This document shows positions 28,454-36,715 of a stretch of DNA of 52,219 nucleotides, one piece after another. Source of the stretch: Pseudobdellovibrionaceae bacterium (GTDB taxonomy: Bacteria > Bdellovibrionota > Bdellovibrionia > Bdellovibrionales > Bdellovibrionaceae); contig JBHIVS010000001.1 of the NCBI GenBank assembly GCA_041987885.1, positions 1 to 52,219 of the forward strand, in the 5' to 3' direction. The translations under genes and the position numbers were made by a program. Positions within the stretch are counted from its first letter, which is position 1; every line of letters begins with the position of its first letter. The notes below the pieces were generated by a model. That model was not told where the DNA came from and ran no database searches. It saw only the letters and a program-made list of their open reading frames with translations.

Positions 28454-29263
28454 GTGAAGGTTAGAGATATTGTTCGAGGCGCTTTAGAGTTGTGCGGTGT
28501 GATTGCATCAAATGAAACTGCTAGTGCTGCCGATGGCGCTCTAGGTTTGCGCGTCTTGAACAATATGCTCAACTCATGGTCCGCAGAAAATCTTTCTCTT
28601 TATCAAACAAATAGAGAAGTAATTGAAATCAATGCAGGAATGCAGAGCTTAACCGTTGGGCCTACTGTGGGATCAACATTTGTATCTAGCAGGCCAATGA
28701 ATATTGTCGGCGCATCATACGGCGAACTAACGAAAACTCCTATTTATGGGCCTGATACTTTTGGTGAAGATGATGAAGATACAGTGGGAATTGATGAATC
28801 ACTAATCCCTATCCCTGGTGCTTTGATCGGATATGATTTAAAGGTTGATACTGAGTTCCCTTTAGAAATTATCGACCTTCAAAAATGGGTTTCTCTTTCG
28901 CAAAAATCTCTCACATCAAATGCGCCTAGCTATTTATTTGTTAAAGGAGGCGGGACTGATGAGACATTAAATCTTTATCCTGTCCCTGATCGCACGATTG
29001 GTTTAGTTATATACACACAAAATGCTTTAGGCTCTTTTGATTCTCTTGATGATGATCTTAATTTACCTCCGAGCTATATTGAGGCTCTGGAGTACAACTT
29101 AGCGCTAAGGCTTGCGCCACGATTCGGTCAAAGCGTTGATGCATTGCTATTTGATGAAGCCTCTAGGCTAAAAGGCATTTTGAAATCTAAAAACAGCAAG
29201 TCTCCTAGAATGTTCTCAGATATATTTGCCGTTAAAAAATTCAACATCTTGTCGGGGGACTAA
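28454..29263 (+). CDS. Head-tail adaptor (P22 gp4-like)
   Basis: DIVRGALE.CGV.A..E...A.D...GL..LN.ML.SW; LYPVP; LP..Y.EAL.YNLA.RLAP.FG. Confidence 0.8.
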   Translation: MKVRDIVRGALELCGVIASNETASAADGALGLRVLNNMLNSWSAENLSLYQTNREVIEINAGMQSLTVGPTVGSTFVSSRPMNIVGASYGELTKTPIYGPDTFGEDDEDTVGIDESLIPIPGALIGYDLKVDTEFPLEIIDLQKWVSLSQKSLTSNAPSYLFVKGGGTDETLNLYPVPDRTIGLVIYTQNALGSFDSLDDDLNLPPSYIEALEYNLALRLAPRFGQSVDALLFDEASRLKGILKSKNSKSPRMFSDIFAVKKFNILSGD

Positions 29264-30813
29264 TGAAATTTGATGGATTCATTGGACCTAGTTATGAATT
29301 AGACGCAAGAGAAGTTGACTGCCAACGTGCGGTTAATATTTATCCTGAAGTTGTTGAGTCTGGTAAAGGCAAAGATGGCATCGTTTCTTTCTTTAGGCCG
29401 ACCGATGGAACTGAAGAGTTTATGACTGTGGGTTCTGGTCCTATCCGAATGATTCTTGAGGATAGAATTCCAAAAAATGATTCTCCAATTCAGGCTCTTA
29501 AAAGATATTTCATTGCTTCTGGCTCTGAGCTATTTGCACTTGAATACAGCAAGACATTTGTTTGGAATATCATTAAGCTTGGCGATTTAGAGACTGCGAC
29601 AGGAAATTTTTCCGGAGTTTCAACAAGTAAAGATCCTCTGTTTTATCAGGCAATTTTTGCTGATGGAGTAGATGTTTATCAAGCTTACGCGATAAACACA
29701 GACGGGCTAATCACTCGATCGTTTGCAAAAAAGAGCGAGGAAGATCCAGAGGGTCCGACATTGATGGGGCCGCCAATCGGAACAACGGTTCTAGTTTGGA
29801 TTGATGGATTTATAATTTCAATTATAGGCGGAACGGATCAGTTTTATGTCTCTTATTGGGGAAGTTTAAATACTGATGCATTGAGCTTTGCAAGCTCTGA
29901 AGGCGATCCAGATAAATTAGTTTCTGGAATCGCTCTAAATCGAAATTTATATCTAATGAACGAAGAGACTTTTGAAATATGGTCAAACACTGGAAATGCA
30001 GATTTTCCGTTTGAACGTATCTCAGGCGGCTTTATCGAAACAGGATTATGGGCTGAAAGGTCGCTTGCAAAAAATAATTCTACAATTTTTTGGCTCGGAA
30101 GAACAAAAACAGGTCGTGGAACTATTTACGCGACAAAAAGTGCTCAGCCTCAAAGAATTTCTACTCATGCAATCGAGCAAGCGATCTCGACTTACGCAAA
30201 TCCAGAAAAAGCGACAGGATATTGTTACTCTCGAAATGGACATGATTTTTATGTCCTAAATTTCGCAGAGGCTACTTGGTGTTATGATCTTACAACAGGA
30301 TTATGGCATGAAAAGGCTTATACAAATCCAACCACATTAGAGCTTGAAAGACATCGCGGAGATGTTTGTATTTTCAGCGATATTTTAGGCGATTCACTAA
30401 TTGGTGATTACGAAACAGGCAAATTGCATCTCTACAATCCGAAGGTTTATAAGGATGCCGATTCATTCATAACTAGGATGCGGGTGTTTCCTCACATCTC
30501 TGCTTCTGGAAATAGATTGTTTTGCAATGAGCTTCGCATCGATATGAAAACAGGCGTTGGACTTCCAGGAGATGTTCAAGGAAGTGATCCTCAAATCATG
30601 CTCGACTGGTCCGATGATGGCGGGTATTCGTGGTCAAATGAGGCATTAGGATCATTAGGAGTATCGACAGGACCTATTGGTGATCGAAAAAGACGTGTTA
30701 AGTGGAATCGCCTTGGGTCTTATCGTGATCGCGTCTTTAGGGTAAAAGTAACTGATCCTGTTGAGACTATTTTCCTAAGTGCAGATATTGAAGTGAAAGT
30801 GGGGCGGTCGTGA
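29263..30813 (+). CDS. Tail hub / packaged DNA stabilisation protein (P22 gp10-like)
   Basis: SFASSEGDPD, EIWSNTG...FPF.R, RISTHAIE, WSDDGGYSW, WNRLG..RDRVF. Confidence 0.9.
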   Translation: MKFDGFIGPSYELDAREVDCQRAVNIYPEVVESGKGKDGIVSFFRPTDGTEEFMTVGSGPIRMILEDRIPKNDSPIQALKRYFIASGSELFALEYSKTFVWNIIKLGDLETATGNFSGVSTSKDPLFYQAIFADGVDVYQAYAINTDGLITRSFAKKSEEDPEGPTLMGPPIGTTVLVWIDGFIISIIGGTDQFYVSYWGSLNTDALSFASSEGDPDKLVSGIALNRNLYLMNEETFEIWSNTGNADFPFERISGGFIETGLWAERSLAKNNSTIFWLGRTKTGRGTIYATKSAQPQRISTHAIEQAISTYANPEKATGYCYSRNGHDFYVLNFAEATWCYDLTTGLWHEKAYTNPTTLELERHRGDVCIFSDILGDSLIGDYETGKLHLYNPKVYKDADSFITRMRVFPHISASGNRLFCNELRIDMKTGVGLPGDVQGSDPQIMLDWSDDGGYSWSNEALGSLGVSTGPIGDRKRRVKWNRLGSYRDRVFRVKVTDPVETIFLSADIEVKVGRS

Positions 30814-31337
30814 GTACGAATAACCGCTTTATCGAGGGCTTGAGAATACCGATTGAAAATGAAGCTATTGAAGGAAAAGGCTTTGTTGTTGAATGGCTTA
30901 AGTTCTTTAAGAAACTTTTTGATATTAACAAAACATCGTCTGTTGAACTCTATTTTTCATTTTCAAATAATCTTGCGAATCAAGTAATTACAGGACTTCA
31001 GTTTGATTATACTAGAGTAAGTCAGGTGCATATTAATTATTTCATTCAAAGAGTGAGTTTTGATGATGGCCCAACAACTGGAATAGGCAAAGTAGAGTCA
31101 GGAATTTTATCAGTTTATTACAATCCTAGATCCAAAACTTGGTCAGCAACAAAAACAGTAACTAGTGGTGCGAATACAGCGGGTATTACTTTTTCAGTAA
31201 ATGCAGATGGACAAGTTCTTCTCTCAAGCACAAATGAAAACGGTGCATGGACTTCAGGATCAATTTCTAAAATGTCTTATAATTATAAAACTATCGAGGC
31301 GAAATTTGTAAATCAGCCTCTAGGTTGGGGTTTATGA
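30810..31337 (+). CDS. Putative tail-associated structural protein
   Basis: Position after gp10-like gene; EWLKFF N-terminus; beta-rich. Confidence 0.55.
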   Translation: MSTNNRFIEGLRIPIENEAIEGKGFVVEWLKFFKKLFDINKTSSVELYFSFSNNLANQVITGLQFDYTRVSQVHINYFIQRVSFDDGPTTGIGKVESGILSVYYNPRSKTWSATKTVTSGANTAGITFSVNADGQVLLSSTNENGAWTSGSISKMSYNYKTIEAKFVNQPLGWGL

Positions 31338-31666
31338 AATCACTATACGGTCAATATATCAAAGAGCGCGAAGGGTTTGAAATTCTTGAAGATGAAAACG
31401 GTTTTGCTACTTATAAAATAAGCGGCAAAGAATGCTATATCAGAGATATTTTCGTTAAACCAGAGTTTAGGAAAATGAACTTGGCTTCAAAGTATGCAGA
31501 TGAAATTGCAGAAATCGCAAAAAAACTAGGATGTACTCATCTTAGTGGAACCGTAGCGCCAATGGCGAATGGATCAACTCAAAGTATTCAGGTTTTGTTG
31601 GGTTATGGTTTTAAACTTTTAAGTTCTGATAATCAAAAAATTGTATTTATTAAGGAGATTGCGTAA
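31325..31666 (+). CDS. GNAT acetyltransferase-like protein
   Basis: YIRDIFVKPEFRKMNLAS..AD...AKKLGC..L.G, GF motif; likely start 31334. Confidence 0.8.
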   Translation: MGFMKSLYGQYIKEREGFEILEDENGFATYKISGKECYIRDIFVKPEFRKMNLASKYADEIAEIAKKLGCTHLSGTVAPMANGSTQSIQVLLGYGFKLLSSDNQKIVFIKEIA

Positions 31667-32493
31667 TGGGTGATGTATGGTCGGACATAACAGGTCAAAC
31701 AGCTAGTAAAAATGCTCAAAAATCTCAAACTGCTGCCACAAATAACGCTAATCAGGCACTAACAAGTTCGTATAATTCACAAGTTTCCTATTTAAATCCT
31801 TATGCGGGTGCTGGTTCTGCAGCTTTAGATCAACTTGCAGGTGGCAATATTGGTTCTAATTATCAACAAAGTGCTGGTTATCAAGCTCAAATGGAAGCTG
31901 GTCAGAATGCAATCAATAATCAAATGGCAGCAAGAGGAATGGGAAATTCCGGTGCTGCACTAAAAGCATTGACTAGCTACTCTCAAGATTTAGCAGATCA
32001 AGATTATCAGCAATATTATCAAAATGAATCTAATAGACTAAGTCAACTTGCAGGCATGGGGCAAAATGCTGCGAATAACTTGGCTAGTGCAGCTGGTTCT
32101 TATGGTTCAAATCTTTCTAACAATTATATGGGCCTTGGAAATGCATCAGCTGCAGCTCAAATCGGACAATATAACCAAATGGCGGGACTTGCCACTGAAG
32201 GTTTTAAAGGTGGCGCTACGGCTTTAGCTTTTTCCGATGAACGACTTAAAACAAATGTTTCAGTGATTGATTCAAAAGAAATTAAAGAATTTAGAAAAAA
32301 TCTTACTCCATATCTTTTTGAATACATCTCAAAGGAGCATGGCGAAGGTCAGTGGGCGGGAGTTATGGCCCAAGATTTAGAAAAATCTAAACTAGGCAAG
32401 CTTGTTGTTCTTGAAGATAAAGACGGCAATAAGCAAATCGACATTAAAAAAGCAGTTTCTCTTTTACTAGCGCTTCAAGCGGAGGTGGCATAA
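31666..32493 (+). CDS. Putative DNA ejection protein (gp7-like) with C-terminal peptidase S74-like domain
   Basis: G/A/N/Q-rich, PYA.AG..AL, GYQ...G..A....AARG...SGA.LKAL; FSDERLKTNV...Y.Y...GVMAQDLE. Confidence 0.75.
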   Translation: MGDVWSDITGQTASKNAQKSQTAATNNANQALTSSYNSQVSYLNPYAGAGSAALDQLAGGNIGSNYQQSAGYQAQMEAGQNAINNQMAARGMGNSGAALKALTSYSQDLADQDYQQYYQNESNRLSQLAGMGQNAANNLASAAGSYGSNLSNNYMGLGNASAAAQIGQYNQMAGLATEGFKGGATALAFSDERLKTNVSVIDSKEIKEFRKNLTPYLFEYISKEHGEGQWAGVMAQDLEKSKLGKLVVLEDKDGNKQIDIKKAVSLLLALQAEVA

Positions 32494-33512
32494 TGACTGG
32501 CGTTGACCACACAATTTACTTTAAACAAGAGGTCCCTAAGTTTGGCACTGCAATTTTGAGTGGACTTACTCAAGGCATGAAAATGCGTGACCAAGTTGAT
32601 AAAAGAAACTTTCAGCAGGCAGAAATGCAAAGATTAGATCAACTAAGAGCACATGAATCAGAGATTCAGAATGCTCTTAGTCAGTCCATTGTTAAAGGGG
32701 CAGATGGGTCTTCTTCTATTGATAATAAGATTTATCAAAGCAATATAGCAAATCTTGCTGGAAGTAATCCTCTTGCTGCTCAGAAATTGCAAGAGTTTAA
32801 TCTAGGACTAGAGCAGCGACAAAGGGATACTCAGAAGTTTGAGGCAGATCAACAGCAGCGTGGTCTTGATAATCAGTTTAGACAAGCTCAAATGAGAAAG
32901 CTTAATGCTGAAACTAATCAGTTGATGCAAAAGCCTACAGATCCAATTTCAAAACTAACTGAAGCGGAAAAGACTGTAGATAAAACTTTCGGTAAAGATT
33001 ATGTAGACTGGACATCGGGCGGACGTCAGAGCGCCTTGTCTGAGATTAATAAACTTGAAGGAGTCGTAGGTCGTCTTGGGGATAAAGTTACTACTGGCGG
33101 TCTAACAGGGATGCTCCCTGATAGATTAACATCAAATGATGTTTTAAGCGCTAGATCCGATGTGCAATCAACAGTAATGAATTCACTTCGAGCTATTCTA
33201 GGGGCGGCATTTACAGAAAAAGAAGGTGAAAGAGTAATTAGAAACACTTGGAATGAAGCTGATTCAACAGAGAATAATAAAGCAAGACTTCAGAGGCTTG
33301 TTGATAACTTAAAAGATCAGGCTGCTGCAAAAGATGCTCAATCTAATTATTACGAAGGAAATAGAACTCTCTCAGGATACAAGCCAGTTTCCGAGATAAA
33401 TATGTCTCCTAGAGCTACTAAGCAAGATTCTGAAGCAGTTTCATGGGCAAAGAAAAATCCAAATGATCCAAGATCAGCAGCGATATTAAAAGCTAACGGA
33501 TTTGGGGGCTAA
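32493..33512 (+). CDS. Putative DNA ejection protein (gp20-like position)
   Basis: Helical, Q-rich; LGAAFTEKEG; C-terminal AVSWAKKNPNDPRS. Confidence 0.65.
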   Translation: MTGVDHTIYFKQEVPKFGTAILSGLTQGMKMRDQVDKRNFQQAEMQRLDQLRAHESEIQNALSQSIVKGADGSSSIDNKIYQSNIANLAGSNPLAAQKLQEFNLGLEQRQRDTQKFEADQQQRGLDNQFRQAQMRKLNAETNQLMQKPTDPISKLTEAEKTVDKTFGKDYVDWTSGGRQSALSEINKLEGVVGRLGDKVTTGGLTGMLPDRLTSNDVLSARSDVQSTVMNSLRAILGAAFTEKEGERVIRNTWNEADSTENNKARLQRLVDNLKDQAAAKDAQSNYYEGNRTLSGYKPVSEINMSPRATKQDSEAVSWAKKNPNDPRSAAILKANGFGG

Positions 33513-35687
33513 ATGGCATTTGATCCTGATGCATATTTAAAGCAAAAAACTGCACAATCTAAGTCCACTGGTTTTGACCCAGATACTTATCTTGAATCAA
33601 AAAGGGAAAAAGCATCTACCTTAGAATCTGCTGCAAGGGGTGCCGCTCAAGGTGTGTCGGGTGGCCTAGCAGACGAAATCTATGGCGGCATAAAAGCGAT
33701 TGGCGATGATTTTAAGAAAATGTTTTCTGATGAACCAAAAGCTAAAGCTGTGCGCGATGAATTCGGGCGAGTAACGAATTTAGATGAAATCAACAAAGGC
33801 ACTACTTACGAAAAATATAGAGATGAGTGGCGCGAAGGTGATCGGCTGGCTAATAAAGACAATCCAAAAACAGCATTTGTCGCTGAGCTAGTCGGTGGTA
33901 TTGCTTCACCAATCAATAAAATTGCTAAAGGAAAAAGCGCTGCACAAGCTGGCTTGCGACTCGGTGGAGTTTATGGCTTCGGTAAATCAGAGGCAGAAGA
34001 TTTAGGCGAAATTGCTGCTGACACAGCAATAGGTGCGGGGGCTGGTTTAGTTTTAGGCAAAGGCATTGAAAAAGGAATTGAAAAAGGTGCGCCGCTTGTA
34101 GGTAAAGGCATGAAATATGCGGGCGATAAAGTTGCAGCATTATCAAAAAAGATTGCTGATGCTACGATTGAATCTGGCCCTGCCGATAATGCTCAAGCTG
34201 TTATCGAGGCCACTAAGCGACTAGGTGCAAGTCCAACTCCTGCAATGCTCACTAAATCTCAACACGTTCAAATGCTAGAACAATCACTAGCAGATAGCCC
34301 TAGCTATTTCGGGAAGCGCATTTATGGGCAACGTCAAAAGGTCTTAGACGCAATCACGGATAAGACCGATGATGTTTTGCGCGAGGGTGCAGGCGAATCA
34401 CCTTATCAAGTGGGTGAAGAGTTTAAAAGAGGAATGATCGGGAAATTGCATGAGCGCATTGATCCTGCAACGGCAACCTTTGATGAGATTCGAGCGATTT
34501 CAACACAAATGCCTGTCGGTGAGCGATCTATCAACTCTGTTTTAAATAATATTTCAAAAATTCCAGAGGTTCGTTTATCTGGTGGTGCAAACGTATCTAA
34601 ATACACTGATATGATTTCAAGAGCGACGAGCGCAGATGATTTGCATAGAATTAGCTCAATGATAAACGCAGATGCAAGGGCTGCGCAAGGATCTGAAAAG
34701 CATTTGCTTGGATTGATAAACGATAAAGTAAAAAATCTTGCTGACAACTCGACCATGCGTGCAGCGATTAAAGTCGCAAAAGAAGGCGGGATGCGCGAGA
34801 ACACTGGGAAGAAAATCGGGACTGAGATAGTTCAAGAACTGCGCGATGCAAGATCTGCTTATCGTGGGGCAGCTCAAGATTTTGGGGATGTGTCGCGAAA
34901 TGCTAGAATCAAATTCAAAGGCCCTCAGACTTATGTTGATGATTTAGAGGCGATTGCTTCTGAGGATATTCAAAAGAAATTCTTTAACACAAAAGATATT
35001 TCGCAACTAAATGTTTTAAAGGAAAAATTCCCAGAGCAATTCGAGCTACTAAGACGCGGTGAGATTGGTAAAATTTCAAGCGCAATCGAGGGCATAGCTC
35101 AAGGCTCACGCGGCGAGACGCAAGTAAATAAGTTTCTAAATCAAGTGCGCAAATTATCGCCCGAAGCTCAAGACATGATTTTAGGACAAGGCAAATCGGT
35201 TGTTGACGATATTTCTACCGTCTACACTAACTTTCCTAAAAATCATAATCCTTCAGGCACCGCAAAAATGAATGCTCTTAATGAGATTCTAACCTCAAAC
35301 ATTAAAGACGCAGGGAAATACCTTTACTATAAAGGCGCCTCTTCAAATATGGCAGGCAAACTAGGCCAACGTGCAAGGGAAGTGGCGCAAATGTCTCCTG
35401 ATGCAATCGCAATTAGCAATGCAACAAAAAGACTATCGGAGCCGCTTAATAGAATAGTCGTGCGCGGAGCAAGTGATATTCCTGCGACTGGCCCTGAGAG
35501 ATGGATCAGTAAAGGGGCTGAAAGATTAACGGCTGAAGGAATTTCTCAAGAAGAAATTGAAAATTTACAATCAACTAAACAAGGCCGCGCTTTACTGATT
35601 GAAGCATCGGACGCGAAGCCCAATTCTAAAAGACTTGAATCTGTTTTGCGAAGATTAAGAACAGCAACAAGTCAAGGGGGCCAATAA
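33513..35687 (+). CDS. Putative large DNA ejection protein (gp16-like position)
   Basis: N-terminal FDPDAYL/FDPDTYL repeats, RGAAQG...GLADE, Gly/Ala-rich hydrophobic segment, NPSGTA. Confidence 0.7.
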   Translation: MAFDPDAYLKQKTAQSKSTGFDPDTYLESKREKASTLESAARGAAQGVSGGLADEIYGGIKAIGDDFKKMFSDEPKAKAVRDEFGRVTNLDEINKGTTYEKYRDEWREGDRLANKDNPKTAFVAELVGGIASPINKIAKGKSAAQAGLRLGGVYGFGKSEAEDLGEIAADTAIGAGAGLVLGKGIEKGIEKGAPLVGKGMKYAGDKVAALSKKIADATIESGPADNAQAVIEATKRLGASPTPAMLTKSQHVQMLEQSLADSPSYFGKRIYGQRQKVLDAITDKTDDVLREGAGESPYQVGEEFKRGMIGKLHERIDPATATFDEIRAISTQMPVGERSINSVLNNISKIPEVRLSGGANVSKYTDMISRATSADDLHRISSMINADARAAQGSEKHLLGLINDKVKNLADNSTMRAAIKVAKEGGMRENTGKKIGTEIVQELRDARSAYRGAAQDFGDVSRNARIKFKGPQTYVDDLEAIASEDIQKKFFNTKDISQLNVLKEKFPEQFELLRRGEIGKISSAIEGIAQGSRGETQVNKFLNQVRKLSPEAQDMILGQGKSVVDDISTVYTNFPKNHNPSGTAKMNALNEILTSNIKDAGKYLYYKGASSNMAGKLGQRAREVAQMSPDAIAISNATKRLSEPLNRIVVRGASDIPATGPERWISKGAERLTAEGISQEEIENLQSTKQGRALLIEASDAKPNSKRLESVLRRLRTATSQGGQ

Positions 35688-36712
35688 TGGCAGCAGCAGT
35701 TCCATTTATTATGCCTCAATGGTTCGATGATAACGGAAAGCCTTTAGCTGGCGGTAAACTCTGGGTTTACCTTGCTGGCACTAATGCTAAAGGAATTTCC
35801 TACACCGACTCAAGCGGGAGCGTTCCAAATACAAATCCTGTGATTTTGGATTCATCAGGTCGAGCAAGTGTGTGGCTTTCCCCTGGAAACTACAAGCTTG
35901 TGCTGATGACAAAGGATGATGTCGTATTGTGGACTAAAGACAAAGTTAAACCTGCCGACGGCGGCGGTGGTGGCATTGTAGATGCTGATTATGTCTTTGA
36001 TGCATGGTCGGCAAGATTTGGTGAACAGTTCACTTCTACAGGCCTTATGAACACTTTAACAAAGATCATTAAGCCACAATACACAGCGCCAGCGATTTCT
36101 CTTTCTGGATCCTCAAATGTATTAAGAGAAAAAGGTGATTCGGTCGCAAGCGTGACGCTAACTGCAAGTGTGACTAAAAGATCTAATCAAATTGCTGAAG
36201 TTAGATTTTATCAAGGAGCTACGCTTTTAGGCACCAAGACTGGAACTATTCCAGACGGTGGGTCTGAGACTCAAAACTACTCGACTCCATTTTCTGATAA
36301 TATTTCATTCACTGCACAAGTTGATGATATTCAAGTTGGTGATGATGGACCAACAACGGTCACATCTAACACGACAACTTACTCTTTTGTTTATCCATAT
36401 TATGTCGGTGCGGGGGCTACGGCGCTAAATACAACAGGCATTAAGGCTCTTACTAAGAGAATCATTTCATCAACTGCCAGTAGACAAGAAGATATTGCGG
36501 CAACGGCTGGGCAAGTTTTCTATTTTGCATATCCTGCAAGCTATGGTGCTTTAACAAAAATCTTTGACGTTAATAATTTTGATACTTTGCCTGATTGGAC
36601 ATTAAGAACTGAAAATATCACTGGTCTTGATGGCAATCCAGTTTCGTATCGTATTTATGAATTTAAAAATCCTGTAGTGGCTGGAACATATCGCTACACA
36701 TTTGTGAGGTAA
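35687..36712 (+). CDS. Tail fibre/spike adaptor with head-binding-like N-terminal domain
   Basis: QWFDDNGKPLAGGKL.VY.AGT...YTD...NTNPVILD..GRA.VWL; C-terminal YFAYPASYG.LT.I.D. Confidence 0.75.
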   Translation: MAAAVPFIMPQWFDDNGKPLAGGKLWVYLAGTNAKGISYTDSSGSVPNTNPVILDSSGRASVWLSPGNYKLVLMTKDDVVLWTKDKVKPADGGGGGIVDADYVFDAWSARFGEQFTSTGLMNTLTKIIKPQYTAPAISLSGSSNVLREKGDSVASVTLTASVTKRSNQIAEVRFYQGATLLGTKTGTIPDGGSETQNYSTPFSDNISFTAQVDDIQVGDDGPTTVTSNTTTYSFVYPYYVGAGATALNTTGIKALTKRIISSTASRQEDIAATAGQVFYFAYPASYGALTKIFDVNNFDTLPDWTLRTENITGLDGNPVSYRIYEFKNPVVAGTYRYTFVR

Positions 36713-36715
36713 TAA

